A stretch of DNA of 63,534 nt, counting the filler. It is 6 parts of 6 records of this genome, joined end to end, with 100 filler letters (N's around TTAATTAATTAA, not from the genome) between each part and the next. Parts side by side here need not be neighbours in the genome. Positions count along the whole stretch, not along the records: positions 29,721 to 40,397 come from SRR2962707_487; positions 40,498 to 50,162 come from SRR2962707_494; 4 more parts are not named here. One strand, written 5' to 3'. The stretch's first letter is position 1, and the number at the start of each line of letters is the position of its first letter. Shown one piece after another: positions 33,706-46,220 of this stretch. The notes under the pieces were generated by a model. The model saw nothing but the letters and a program-made list of their open reading frames with translations. It did no database searches and had not been told where the DNA came from. Both the position numbers and the translations under genes were made by a program.

Positions 33706-36700
33706 TTAGAGCGACTCCGTTGTCGCCGGCACCAATGCTTTGCTTTTATAGTGTTCCTTTTCAAGCTTCACTGCTGCAACCATTCGTGTAAACGACTTCA
33801 AACCAGGCACAAGTTCCATGGTTTTGCTGCGAGTGCTAAACTTGAAGTACGCTGTCACCATCGATTCATCTAAGCTTTCCGGGCCTGCATGAAAGCCAAC
33901 CAGTCAAAAAAGCCACACAATTGGTCGTAGTCGCCACCACAAACAAAGGCTCAACACGCAACGAGCATGCCACACAAGGTTTCGGCTAATCGTGATGGCC
34001 CGCACCTCTTCCGAGCATTCTGTGTGCAACTCCTTGCTTCAGGTCCAACGCGTAGAGACCATGGTAGCGGAAGGTCCTGCTAGACGCTTTCAGCAGCACC
34101 AAAAAGGTTTCTCCAGGATACCTAGAAGGCACGCCCAAACGCATCCGCAGATCAAACCTCGTGTCCAGCAATGAACAGCTACGCTAATTCCTGCGTTGAA
34201 TGTCGGAGCACACGAACTCACATGTCAAGGGCCAACAAAACTCGCGTGCGTTGCGCTTCAAATACAGCTCCCGCCAGCAGTGAGTTCGTGATGGCGTTCA
34301 CAACCACAGGCTTGTTGGACAACACCTACAGCCACAAGAGAAACTGTGAGAGCGCACCACACTGTTGCACAGGGCATGCCCGTGGCAGATGGCTGTTTCC
34401 ACGACTTGCCTTCAGCGGTTTGTGCGTGGCGCTAGGGCGCTGGTGCTTGCGCCGCGATGACGGCCCGCTGCGTCCTCGGCCCTTTGAACCGTTGCCCCCA
34501 CCTGCTAACTTTTGACGCAAAAGCTCAGCCTCCATTTTTTCACGAAAACGAAGATGCTCATCTGGCACGACGTGCGTGGCCGTCGCAGCAGCTGCTTTCT
34601 GCTTGACGGCGGGTGCAGGTTCTACACGGGCGTCGCGAGCTCGCTCCGGGCGACTTGCGGTTCGAGCGCGATTGGGGCGCTTCACTCGAATCGCTTGGGC
34701 AGAAGGTTCTTGGGAGTCGTCACTGTCGCTGTCACTGCTGGATTCCTGCTGAAATCTGCGCAGCTCCTCAATCTGACGACGGCGCTGGGAAACGAAAGAT
34801 GAAGGTCTGACAACACAAAAACGCGCAGACTGAATTCGAGCTGTGAACTGATGACATCCACACGAAAAACATAAAACGTCACGTTGCAACGGACCTCCCG
34901 CCATGTTTTCCGTCTACGCGCGCAGTATGCGGCTGTTGTAGCTCGGAAGAGGGAACCAGGCCCACACCACCGACGCTTCTGGTGCCAACAAGCACAGACT
35001 TGCGGCGTTCCTGCTCATCGTCGCTGTGATGCCCGTCATGAGCCAATGCCTGAGCATTGTTGCTCAAACCAATTTCTCTCTGTTGAAAATCCAGCTTCTG
35101 CATCTGAAACTGTCGTCTTACATGCGGTTGCTCGTGCACAAAATTAGCACCGTCCGTGTTTCGGAGTGATGTCCCTCTATCGCCCCATGCTTTCGGTGTC
35201 CTGCGCCATTCTTGATGTTCCACTTGCTCCTGGTCGCTTTCGGACTCGTCCTCGACTCGGTTGCTTTGTTGTTCCCGCAGAAGGGCTCGCTCAAGCTCCG
35301 CCGAAATCTCGCTCTCGATGGCATCACCATGCCCGCCAGATTTAGCCAGAGGTTGTTCTGACGACTCGCGAAAACCTTGACCTCTTTGCCGCATCATCGT
35401 CCGAGGTGTTACGCGGGCAGTCATGCGAGCTTGGGAGTTTATGGCCGCCTGTTCAGCAGCAGTTGGAGACGAAATCGCCAGTCGAGGTGGACCGTCATTT
35501 CCTCCCGCTAAGGGTGAGGTGCGTGTTCCCGGGTCCAGCTGTTTTTGATTTCGCTTCTGCCGCAAGCGCTCAAACATTCTTTGGCGGAGAGATACGCCCG
35601 TAGAATCGTCATGTCCCGTGCTCGAGGTACCCTCCACACTTTTCTGGGGGGACGAAGTGTTCGACAGGTTGCCCGGCACAGTGCGAGCTGACGATGGACG
35701 ATGATCGGACGTCGAAGACGTGTCTAGAATCTTATTGCGTCCACGAGTTCTTGGGTGATCGTCGTCGCAACTCTCGGAGTCTGAGCTTTCCGAGTCGGTT
35801 TGATTGTTGCGCCGTTCAACCCTGCGGGCCACTGGCTGCCGATGTGCTGCAGGCTCGTCATTCCCACTGTCGCTGGAAAAAGCGTCGTTGTGCTCTTCTT
35901 TCAAGCGGCGCCTTTGAGCAGCTTTTTTGGAGAGCAAGGCTGCACGGCGCACCGTTGGAGATTGAGCGCGCGGATATCGGCTGGCGCCCTTTGCGGCTGG
36001 TGACTGCGTGGTTTCCACCACATGTGCTGCTGGTGTCCCAGAGCTTGAGGTTCGTGGCGTCGCAGATGCCGACGATCCTGACGACGGTGACTTTTCAAGC
36101 TTGGACGAAATACGTCCCTGCAGTGCTCGTTTGCGAAGGTTCGTTGGCAAAGGCGAATGCATCTGCACGATATGAAGCAACCCATTTGTCAAGAACTATC
36201 CCACATTAATCATGGGGAGGTTGTCAACAGACACAGCGATGCACAACAAATACAGAAACTGACTGTGTTCGGGGAAAAGGCAAGAGATGTTCGCATCCTC
36301 GCTCGCGCTGCTTCCTCGACGGCGCGATGTCGGGTCTGCATCGCCGGAGAGCCCTTTTGTGGGCTTGCTTGGAGCCGCAGGCTGGCAAAAGACCTGCACA
36401 CCACGGACAACAACACCAGGCCACTCCGCGTGACAATCGACGTGAAATCGATTCGGGATGTGGTTCAAACAACTTTATCAATGCACGTACCCTGACGACG
36501 ACTCTTGCTCCGAACGCGGAGTTGAGCGGCGCGACGACACCATCGGGCTGCTCGAAAAGTCGACGCCTCGCTCGAACCCACGATCGTCTTCGGCCCTGCA
36601 CCGGACAATGTTACTGCTTCCAGGCCGAGGCAGGCGATCTGCGCCCAATCGCGGTCTTTCCGACGAACCGACAACCGGTCGGCCGCCGATGGCTGCGATC

Positions 36701-39700
36701 CACTCGGCCAGCCTCCGCGCTTGGCGCGGAGATTGATTCTTTTGAACGCTTGCAGTTGACACTGATTCACCAAACCCTTCGGTGACGGGAGCTGCATGCG
36801 GACTATTCGGAACTCCATTTGCATCACTTTTTGATACACTCCTGCGGTTTACGCGTGGCGTGGGCGCGTTTTCGGCACTTTCAAGCTTTCTGTCGACAGT
36901 CCCAGAAGCTATCCTAGTCGCGCCAACCAACGCGTCGCTTTTGTTTGGCCTGGCAATCTCACAAACTTCATATCCCCCCGAGACGCCACCCTCTGCAGAT
37001 CCTGCGTCGCTGTCTTTGCTCTTTGGTGTGAGACCTCCGCTTCGACCTTGGCTCGAGGCTTGCAAACGTTTCGACACCGATTGTTTTCTCACTGTACGGC
37101 CTGGGGCTAAGATGCTGTCCACACTGCGTGCAGCAGCCTCGCGCGGTTCGTTGCTATTTTCCGACTCCGCAACAGTTGGAGTGTTGTTTTCTTTGATAGT
37201 ATCGGTTGACTCGGTGCTGCAGTCATTTTCACTTTGTTCACGCTGCTCGTGTTGCCCTGCGGGGTCGTGAGTGTCGGAGATCTGCGCAGCTGGGCGACGC
37301 TGCTTGCGCATCATTTGCAATCGCGCTGCTTCTGCAGCTTGGCGAACTGCATCAGCCGCCTCAGCTGCCGCCTTGGCACGCTCGGCCTCCTCTTCCGCCG
37401 CTTGTTCCTTTGCTGCGGCAGCAGCTGCCGCCTATACGCACGCGCAAAAATTCCAAATTCGGCCAGCGTTCAATTACAGCAACCGATGACCACAAAGTGC
37501 GGCCGTGTATCCCACGAGAGGAGCAAACAACACATGCGTACCTGACGGCGCACTCGCTGCTTGGCCGCCTTCTGCGCCTGCTCTGCAGCTGCCTGTTCAG
37601 CGATTGCGGCTTCTTCACGCTCCGCCTTTTCGCGAGCTTCCGTCTCTGCCGCTGCTTGAGCCCGCTCTTCAGCCTATTTTTCCCGCCCAACGCGCGCGGA
37701 ATCACCGAAATGGGTGCACAAGTATGTGACAAGCTCGAACAGAAACGCACAAACGCACCTGGCGACGTATTCTCTGAGCCGCTGCCTTGCGTGCATGTTC
37801 TGCGGCCTCGAGTTCCTGGGCGGCGGCTTCGTCCTTTCGCTTCTTTTCCTCAGCTTCTTCCTCGGCCTTGGCTTTCGCCTGCGCCTCTGCCGCTGCTGCT
37901 TGGCGTCGAAGTCTTTCTTTAGCCTGCCACAAACGGGAGAATATCGCCAACCGTAGTCAATCAAGCTTGCCACACAATTCCGCACCTGAGCATGCCGTCA
38001 CCGCCCACAACTTCGCCACGCCACATACCTGACGTCTGCCTCGCTCGGCAGCAGAAAGTTGTTCGTTGCGTAATCGTTTCAGCCTCTGCTCTGCTTGCAC
38101 TGCCTCTGCTGCCTGCCTTGCTCGCTCCACTGCCTCTGCTTCTTCTGCTGCCTCGGCCTCTTCTGCGCGCAGCCGTTCCTCTTTCGCTGCGGCCTCTGCA
38201 CGAGCAGCCTTCTCTTCGGCAACGCGGGCCAAGGCTGCCACAGCTGCAATCTTTGCAGCTGCCACTGCCTCCTCAGCCTGTTGCTGCTTCGCAAGTTCCT
38301 GTTTTTTGGCTGCCAGACGCTTCGCTTCCTCCTCCTCTCTCGCTCTTTGCTGCTCCATCTCTATTCTCCGCTCTTCTTGCGCGGCACGGGCCTCTTCTCG
38401 CAATCGGGCCTCTTCCTCTTCTTTTTGTCGTCGCTTTTGTTCTGCCTCCACCTCGATTTTCCGCTGGGCTTCCTTTGAGGCTATGGCCTCGCGCTCCTGC
38501 CTGTCACGCTCTTGTTGCTCTCGTGCCTCCTGCTCTTCGCGCTGCCTCTGCAGCTCCAGCTTCCTCTGCGCTTCCAAAGCCCGGACCTCGTCTTCCCGGC
38601 GCTTCTGCTCTTGAGCTGCCTGTTCCAGGGATTCCTGTGCTTGGCGCTTTCGAGCTTCAACTTGTCGGTGCCGCTCGGTCTCCTCGCGAATTTTGCGCTC
38701 CTGCGCCGCTTGCTGCCGCTGTTGCCTTTCATATTCCTTCCGCTGGCGCTCTTCTTCCTCTCGCCGCTGCCTCTCGATTTCTTGCCTCTCACGAGCTTCG
38801 CGAGCTTGCCTTTGCTTCCGCTCGAGTTCTCTTTGAGCATCGGCTGCCTCTTGTTGACTGCGCAACTGCTCTTGCTCCTCGCGTTGCCGTGCTTGCCGCT
38901 GCTCTTCAAGTTCCCGCGCTGCTTGCTCTTGCAGTTGCTGTTGGCGCCTCAACTCTTCGTCGTGTTTCTGCCGTTGTTGTAGTTCCATTTGCAGCTCCTC
39001 TTCCCTCTTTTTTTCTGCAGCTGCCTGTTGCGCAACAGCATTTGCTGCTGCCGCTTCTTTGTCCCGACGTCTGGCTTCCTGGACAAGGGCAGCAGCTTTG
39101 GCGGCTGCAGCGAGCTGCTCGTCTCGCTGGCGCACAACCGCTTCTTCCTCCACCTCAGCAGCTCGTAGTCTCCTGCGATCTTCTTGCTGCTTCACAGCGG
39201 CAGCAGCTTCTGCCTTGGCGAGTGCTTCCTGCTTCCTGCGCTCCTCCCGCTGAGCTTCCAGCGCGGTTTCTTCCGCTCGGGCAACCTGCGCAGCCCGGGT
39301 TCTGGCCGCCGTTGCTTCCGCTTCTCTGGCTGCGCGGTTGATGGCGAATTGCTCGCGCTCAGCTTCTGCAGCCGCCTTGAGCACGGGACGAAGACGGTCC
39401 AACTGCCCAATTCGCAAAAGCACACCGGCACAAAAATCATTCTTCAAACCCTGAACACGCCTACACTATCACGCGCAAACAGATGCCCCGGTCGACAAAA
39501 CAATTCTACTCGTACCCTCTGCTCATTCACTTCATTTGCTCGTTGCACTACCAAATCTTGCGGCGTTTCGTGAATTGCTGCTGCTCTTGCAGTTGAGGCG
39601 GCGAGCTCCGCCGCTGCGAGCTCCTGCGCAATTCGTTCTGCCTCGCGTCGCAGCTTTGCAACACGCTCCTCCTCTGCGCGAGCTTTTACTGCCGCTGCTG

Positions 39701-40395
39701 CCTCTTCGAGGCGGAGTTGCCGTTCCGCTTCCTGCTGGCCCTCAGCGAGTAGCTGCTGATGGAGGTCAGCAGACACCACGTCCACCTCCGTGGTTGAGCG
39801 GTATGCGCGGGGAGCCAGCATTCGGGGAGCTGAAGATGCACTTCCAAGTGTCGTTCCGCACGTCGTTGAGGAGTTCTCCGTGGCTTTGGCAGAACGCCGA
39901 CGCTGTTGCCGCCGCTGCTGCTGCTGCTGCGTTCGGCGCGTTGCTTGCACTGGCGGCTCGCTCTGCATTGGCCTGCCTGAAACACCCACTTTAGGCACAC
40001 ACACCGGATGGATGCAATCAACAATGATGGGAGCGTTTTGTTGTACCTTGGCCTAGAGCCAAGCATTACATGCACGAGCAGCAACGGCAAAGGCAGAAGA
40101 CACCACGACGGCAACACCACGACGGCAACTCACTTCCACTGATTCCCATGTCCGGGCCACCGCCGCTTCCATCGCCAGGAAGCAGCAGCTGGAACTGCTG
40201 AGTCGACAGCGACTTCCCTCCGCGCCCTGCGCCCCCTCTTCCTCTACCTCGGCTTCGACCTCTCCCTCTGCCTCGGCTCCTGCTCCTGCCACCGCCGCCA
40301 CCACTTCGCGAGCCAGGTTGCGGGCTTCGCTGGGTACTCGGCCGCGACGCCTGCGAGGAAGAGTGCCCCAACAACAGCAGCAGCAGCAGCAGCAA
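33706..40395 (-). CDS. CAMSAP/Patronin-like protein: RG-rich N-terminal part, long E/R/Q/A helical region, C-terminal CKK domain (5' end probably off contig)
   Basis: Spliced C-terminus KVLSNKPVVVNAITNSLLAGAVFEAQRTRVLLALDMYPGETFLVLL..FRYHGLY..LGRGPESLDESMVTAYFKFSTRSK resembles CKK. In-frame introns at 39403-39515, 37924-38028, 37674-37758, 37432-37541, 36394-36490, 36163-36263, 34807-34882, 34326-34409 (GC-AG), 34122-34221, 33885-34005, plus the 39977-40133 region. Confidence 0.75.
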
Positions 40396-40397
40396 CA
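40371..40397. repeat. (CAG/CAA)n microsatellite at contig end
   Basis: acaacagcagcagcagcagcagcaaca. Confidence 0.8.
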
Positions 40398-40497
40398 NNN
40401 NNNNNNNNNNNNNNNNNNNNNNNNNNNNNNNNNNNNNNNNNTTAATTAATTAANNNNNNNNNNNNNNNNNNNNNNNNNNNNNNNNNNNNNNNNNNNN
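40398..40497. other. Artificial contig-joining spacer
   Basis: N run with TTAATTAATTAA. Confidence 0.98.
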
Positions 40498-41817
40498 GGC
40501 GCGGGCAATGGCGATGCGCTGGCGCTGTCCACCGGAAAATTCATGCGGGTATCTAAAGCGCGTTTCTGCGTCCAATCCCACTTCGCCGAGCGCTGTCACA
40601 ACACGCGCATCACGCTCATTGCGGGTGAGTTTCGGTTCGTGGACCGCAAGGCCTTCGGCAATAATTTCTGCGATAGACATGCGCGGCGAAAGCGAACCAA
40701 ATGGGTCTTGGAATACGACTTGTAGGTCTTTACGAATGGGCCGCATATCGCGGTAAGTCTTACCGCCAATATCTTTGCCATCAAAGCTAATGCGCCCTTC
40801 AGACGAGATTAAGCGCGATAGGGCTAGGCCAAGTGTCGTTTTGCCTGAGCCCGATTCACCCACGACACCCAGCGTTTGACCAGCGCGCACTGTGACATCA
40901 ATTTCATCAACCGCTTTTACGTAATCAACGGTCTTGCGCAAAAAGCCCTGCTTGATTGGAAACCAGACTTTGACCTTTTCGCCCTGCATGATGATGGGCG
41001 CCGTTTCATCAAGCGGCGCAGGCTGGCCTTTTGGCTCAGCGGCCAGAAGATGCTTGGTATATTCATGCTGGGGATTGGCGAAAATTTCAGCGGTTGGGCC
41101 GGTCTCCACAATCTTGCCTTGCGTCATCACACACACGCGATCGGCAATCTTGCGCACAATGCCAAGATCATGGGTAATGAAGAGCATCGACATATTTGAT
41201 TCAGATTTGAGGCCACCAAGCAGCGCCAATATTTGCGCTTGCACGGTCACATCCAGCGCCGTTGTCGGCTCATCTGCAATAAGTAGTTTAGGCGTATTGG
41301 CCAAAGCCATCGCAATCATAACGCGCTGGCGCTGACCGCCCGACATTTGGTGCGGATAGGCCGCAAGCCGTTTTTCAGGCTCGCGAATTCCCACCTTATT
41401 AAGCAGCTCAATAATATGCGTACGCATGTTGGCTTCAGGCACAGTTTGGTGCAGCTGCAAAATTTCGCGGATTTGCTTTTCAATGTTGTGCAATGGGTTG
41501 AGCGATGTCATCGGCTCTTGGAAGATCATGGCAACATCATTGCCGCGCACACGGCGAAGCTCCTTGTCGGGCACTTTCATCAGATCATTGCCGTTAAACA
41601 GGATTTCTCCGTGCGGATGGCTCGCTGATGGATATTGCAGCAGCTTGAGGACGGATAGCGCCGTCACTGATTTTCCTGAGCCAGATTCGCCCACAAGCGC
41701 AACCGTTTCACCGTGGTGAATGTCAAAGGACACACCATCCACAGCGCGGGTTTTTTCCCCGCCTTGATTAAAGTCTACGGCCAGATTGCGGATCGATAAA
41801 AGCGGCGTCTTACTCAT
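40498..41817 (-). CDS. yejF: Peptide/microcin C ABC transporter, duplicated ATPase (3' truncated)
   Basis: Two GESGSGK Walker A motifs, YPHQMSGGQRQR and YPHEFSGGQRQR. Confidence 0.88.
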
Positions 41818-42956
41818 GAGAATGTCTTTCTCGGGTCGAACGCATCGCGTGTTGCTTCACCGATAAAAATGAGCAGTGACAGCATTAGCGAGATCACAAA
41901 AAAGCCTGAGAAGCCAAGCCATGGCGCTTGCAAATTGTTTTTACCTTGCAAAATCAACTCGCCAAGCGAAGCAGAACCTGGAGGCAGGCCGAAGCCCAAA
42001 AAGTCCAGCGAAGTCAGCGTGGTGATTGAACCGTTGAGGATGAACGGCAAAAATGTCAGCGTTGCAACCATCGCATTGGGCAGCAAATGGCGGAACATGA
42101 TTGTGCGGTTAGGCACGCCAAGCGCCCGCGCTGCATTCACATATTCAAAATTGCGGGCGCGCAAAAACTCTGCCCGCACAATGCCAACGAAGCCAACCCA
42201 AGAGAACAACAACATAATGCCGAGCAAAATCCAGAAGCCCGGTGGCAACACGGCTGCGATAATGAGCAAGATGTAGAGCACGGGAATGGAAGACCAAATC
42301 TCGATAAAGCGCTGCATGATCAAATCAACCCAGCCGCCAAAATAGCCCTGCACAGCACCGGCTGCAACACCGATAACAGCTGACAATCCCGTCAGTATCA
42401 GGCCGAAAAGTACCGATACACGAAAGCCATAAAGCATGCGGGCAAACACATCACGCGCCTGATCGTCTGTACCAAGCCAGTTGAAGTTACCGGCCACGCA
42501 ATTGGGGTCATCGACCCCTTGTGCATAGCGCACGCACAGCTCTTCGCGGCTATCAAACATGAAGGCGGGCTTAGAAGGCGCATTGGTTGGCACTTCTTTA
42601 TTCACGGTGCGATAGGAGTAACGCACTGGCGGCCAAACCATCCAGCCATTGGCTTTTATTTCGTCTTGAATGAAGGGATCTGTGTAATCTGTGCGCGCGA
42701 GGAACCCGCCGAATTTCTCTTCAGGATAATTCACAAAAATAGGCGTGAGTATTTCGCCCTTATAAGACACCAAAATAGGTCGATCATTGGCGATGAACTC
42801 TGAGCCAAGAGAGAGGAAAAACAGCACGAGGAAAGCCCACATGGACCAATAGCCGCGTTTGTTGGCTTTGAAGCCTTGCCAGCGCCGCTGATTAATGGGC
42901 GATAGAAAGGGGCGTTTTATCTTTTGTGCAGGTTGCATGGTTGCGTCAGCCATCAC
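41814..42956 (-). CDS. yejE: Peptide ABC transporter permease
   Basis: [37 protein letters not shown]. Confidence 0.88.
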   Translation of the reverse strand: MMADATMQPAQKIKRPFLSPINQRRWQGFKANKRGYWSMWAFLVLFFLSLGSEFIANDRPILVSYKGEILTPIFVNYPEEKFGGFLARTDYTDPFIQDEIKANGWMVWPPVRYSYRTVNKEVPTNAPSKPAFMFDSREELCVRYAQGVDDPNCVAGNFNWLGTDDQARDVFARMLYGFRVSVLFGLILTGLSAVIGVAAGAVQGYFGGWVDLIMQRFIEIWSSIPVLYILLIIAAVLPPGFWILLGIMLLFSWVGFVGIVRAEFLRARNFEYVNAARALGVPNRTIMFRHLLPNAMVATLTFLPFILNGSITTLTSLDFLGFGLPPGSASLGELILQGKNNLQAPWLGFSGFFVISLMLSLLIFIGEATRDAFDPRKTFS

Positions 42957-44065
42957 ACATCCCTTGAATCAAAGTCGATGCGGGGGTCAACCCAAGTGTA
43001 CATCAAGTCGGAAAGCAAGCCGACAATGAGGCCCATCAAAGAGAAGATATAGAGCGTTGCAAAAACCACCGGATAATCGCGGTTGACTACCGATTGGAAC
43101 CCAAGAAGACCAAGCCCATCAAGCGAGAAGATCGTTTCAATCAGCAATGAACCGGTAAAGAACGCAGAGATAAAGGCACCCGGGAAGCCAGCAATAATGA
43201 TCAGCATCGCATTGCGGAATACATGGCCATAAAGCACTTGGTTGTCGGTCAAGCCTTTAGCGCGCGCTGTGGTGACATATTGTTTGCGGATTTCATCAAG
43301 AAACGAATTTTTGGTCAAAAGCGTTGTCGTGGCAAAAGCTGATAGCACCATTGCTGTAAGCGGCAGTGCAAGGTGCCAGAAATAGTCGATTATCTTTTGG
43401 TACCAAGGCAAATTCCAGAAATTATCAGAAACCAAACCGCGTAGCGGGAACCAATCAAAGAACGAGCCACCCGCAAATAAAACAATCAGCATGATTGCGA
43501 ACAAGAATCCTGGGATCGCATAGGCAACGATAATCACGCCGCTGGTCCATACATCAAAAGTCGAACCGTCACCAATTGCCTTTTTAATGCCAAGCGGAAT
43601 GGAGATCATATAGGAGATAAAGGTGATCCAAAGGCCAAGCGATATCGAAACCGGCATTTTCTCCAATATAAGATCAATCACAGAAATATCGCGGAAATAG
43701 CTGTCGCCAAAATCAAACCGCGCATAGTTCCAAATCATGTCGCCGAAGCGTTCCCATGCGGGTTTGTCAAAACCAAATTGCTTTTCGAGTTTTGCAATAA
43801 ACGCCGGATCAAGGCCCTGCGCACCGCGATATTTTGAATTGGCCGAGCCATTATTTTCAACGCTGGAACCAATGTCATTGCTGCCAAAATCGCCACCGCC
43901 GCCTGAAATGCGCGCAGTCGCATCGCCGCCTTGTCCGGTGAGTTGAGCAATCACCTGCTCTACAGGGCCGCCGGGCGCAAACTGAATAACGATAAAAGAA
44001 ATCGCCATGATGCCCAAAATGGTTGGGATCATTAAAAGCAGACGTCTGGAAATATAGGCACCCAC
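42953..44065 (-). CDS. yejB: Peptide ABC transporter permease
   Basis: [44 protein letters not shown]. Confidence 0.9.
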   Translation of the reverse strand: MGAYISRRLLLMIPTILGIMAISFIVIQFAPGGPVEQVIAQLTGQGGDATARISGGGGDFGSNDIGSSVENNGSANSKYRGAQGLDPAFIAKLEKQFGFDKPAWERFGDMIWNYARFDFGDSYFRDISVIDLILEKMPVSISLGLWITFISYMISIPLGIKKAIGDGSTFDVWTSGVIIVAYAIPGFLFAIMLIVLFAGGSFFDWFPLRGLVSDNFWNLPWYQKIIDYFWHLALPLTAMVLSAFATTTLLTKNSFLDEIRKQYVTTARAKGLTDNQVLYGHVFRNAMLIIIAGFPGAFISAFFTGSLLIETIFSLDGLGLLGFQSVVNRDYPVVFATLYIFSLMGLIVGLLSDLMYTWVDPRIDFDSRDV

Positions 44066-44249
44066 GGCTTAGAGACCTCGCATGTGGGTAAGCGTTGACG
44101 TTTTTGATCGGTTAGATGCTGTCAAACTATGCTGCCTTTTGTTCATCACGCTCAAATTTATGCGCCATTATGCACTGGCGCGAGCTGATTCGCTTAAATT
44201 CAATTTGGAATCCACCTGAGCCTCAATGGCAAGACCCAGATTGAATTCA

Positions 44250-46136
44250 TTATTGCGTTTTGGCCGCTTTTGCTTCGTCAAACCACCATATGGTTGGAAA
44301 ACCGACCGAATATTCAGCAAATCCCTCCGGATAGGAAAAGCGGTTCCAATAGGCGATGCGTAAATTGCGGTTTGTATATGTTGGGATGACAAATTGATTT
44401 GCCATCATAACGCGGTCCAGCGCGCGTGATGCCGCAACAAGATCGTCGCGGTCTTTGGCAAAAACAACATTTTTGATCAACTTGTCGACGGCAGGATCGG
44501 CGATGCCACCATAGTTTTTCGATCCAGGCTTATCGGCTGCCGCTGAGCCAAAATAATCCATCTGTTCATTGCCCAAAGAGGCCGATTGCCCCCAGCCGGC
44601 ATAAACGATGTCAAAGTCACGATTGCGCAAGCGCTCCACATATTGCGATGCCTCAACCGAGCGAATGGTTATATCAATGCCGATTTTGCGTAAATCTTCA
44701 GCCCAAGGCAGCGCCACAACCTCAATCGTCGGGCCGTTAAGGAGCACTTCAAATGTAAAGGGTTCACCGGTTTTGCTATTCACAAGCTTGCCGTCACGCT
44801 GTTCATAGCCAGCTTCTTTGAAGAGGCGCAGCGCTTCGCGTAAGTTTGAGCGTAGTTTCTGTTGGTCGCCAGCAACGGGGTTCTCGTAAACTTCCGTAAA
44901 TACGCTCGGCGGAACTTCGTCGCGCACTTGATCTAGATATTCAAGTTCTTTGCCTGTTGGCAGCGCATCGGATGAATCAAATTCGAGGCCAAAATAGAAC
45001 GAATCGATACGTTTATACTGATTGTAAAATATCGTGTCATTGAGCGTTTCATAATCGAAAGCATAGTTGAGCGCACGGCGCACGCGCGCATCTTTGAATT
45101 TTTCGAGCCGTAAATTCGGAATGAAACCGACGAGTACGCCGTAAGAGCGATAGTCATTGTCAGGCGTTATGCGCACAACGCGGCCATCTTGAGCGGCAGG
45201 AAAATCATAGGCGGTCGCCCAGCGCTTGGCGGCATTCTCAGACCAGAAGTCAAATGCATCTGCTTTAAAGCCCTGAAATTCAACATTTAGATCGCGGTAA
45301 TATGTGTATTTGATCTCATCAAAATTATTGGTGCCGATATTGACCGGTTCATTCTTGCCCCAATAATCTTTGACCCGCGCAAACGTAATTGATGCGCCCG
45401 GTACAAGTGATTCTACTTTGTAAGGTCCTGAACCTAGCGGGATTTCTAGGCTGGAGGCTGAAATGTCGCGCTTTTCGCCCTTATCATTTGTGCCTTCCCA
45501 CCAGTGCTTTGGCAAAATCAACAATTGACCGACAATTTGGGGGAGTTCGCGATTGTTCTTTTCTTCAAAGGTAAATTCAACTGTGCGTGCGTCTAGCGCT
45601 TTTGCGCCAGAGACATGCTTATAATAAAATGCTTTGTCTGGCGCTAGCTCAACGGTCTTTTCAAAAGACCAGACAACATCATCGGCGGTTACCGGTGTTC
45701 CATCGTGCCACTTGGCATTTTCGCGCAATCGATATTTCACGCTTGAAAAATCGTCTGGATAAGAGACAGCTTCAGCTAGAAGGCCGTAAGTGGTCGATAC
45801 TTCACCCAATGAGGGCATCATCAGCGTTTCATAAACAAGACCAAGCCCTGTCGACAATTCGCCTTTGGATGGAAACGGGTTTAGCGTGTCGAAACCGCCG
45901 GTTTCCGATAGGCGCAGCTTGCCACCTTTGGGCGCATCAGGGTTCACATAATCAAAATGCTCAAAGCCTGCTTCATATTTGGGTGTGCCGATAAGGCTTG
46001 TCCCCGTTCGCCAAACATCTTCCTGTGCATGGGCTGGGAAATTAGCAACAGCAAATAACGCAGTTGCACAAAGCGAGAGGGCGGCACGACGCAGGTTAAG
46101 CAAATTGATTTCTCCGTAAATCTTTCTTCGGGTCAA
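44250..46136 (-). CDS. yejA: Peptide ABC transporter substrate-binding protein (start uncertain)
   Basis: PKYEAGFEHFDYVNPDAPKGG, FDTLNPF, DARVRRAL; signal peptide. Confidence 0.88.
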   Translation of the reverse strand: MTRRKIYGEINLLNLRRAALSLCATALFAVANFPAHAQEDVWRTGTSLIGTPKYEAGFEHFDYVNPDAPKGGKLRLSETGGFDTLNPFPSKGELSTGLGLVYETLMMPSLGEVSTTYGLLAEAVSYPDDFSSVKYRLRENAKWHDGTPVTADDVVWSFEKTVELAPDKAFYYKHVSGAKALDARTVEFTFEEKNNRELPQIVGQLLILPKHWWEGTNDKGEKRDISASSLEIPLGSGPYKVESLVPGASITFARVKDYWGKNEPVNIGTNNFDEIKYTYYRDLNVEFQGFKADAFDFWSENAAKRWATAYDFPAAQDGRVVRITPDNDYRSYGVLVGFIPNLRLEKFKDARVRRALNYAFDYETLNDTIFYNQYKRIDSFYFGLEFDSSDALPTGKELEYLDQVRDEVPPSVFTEVYENPVAGDQQKLRSNLREALRLFKEAGYEQRDGKLVNSKTGEPFTFEVLLNGPTIEVVALPWAEDLRKIGIDITIRSVEASQYVERLRNRDFDIVYAGWGQSASLGNEQMDYFGSAAADKPGSKNYGGIADPAVDKLIKNVVFAKDRDDLVAASRALDRVMMANQFVIPTYTNRNLRIAYWNRFSYPEGFAEYSVGFPTIWWFDEAKAAKTQ

Positions 46137-46174
46137 GACTATGCTGAAATATGGTAATTCAAAGCCCTAAAACG

Positions 46175-46202
46175 AAAAAAGGCCCGCAAATGCGAGCCTT
46201 TT
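46175..46202 (-). terminator. Intrinsic terminator after the cytochrome c gene
   Basis: Minus strand AAAAGGCTCGCA-tt-TGCGGGCC-TTTTTT. Confidence 0.8.
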
Positions 46203-46220
46203 GTTCAAAATTAAGTGAGT

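Noticed and set aside
37992..39341. 449-aa plus-strand ORF and other long antisense ORFs over the eukaryotic genes
   Set aside because: Shadow frames of GC-rich, low-complexity coding sequence on the opposite strand
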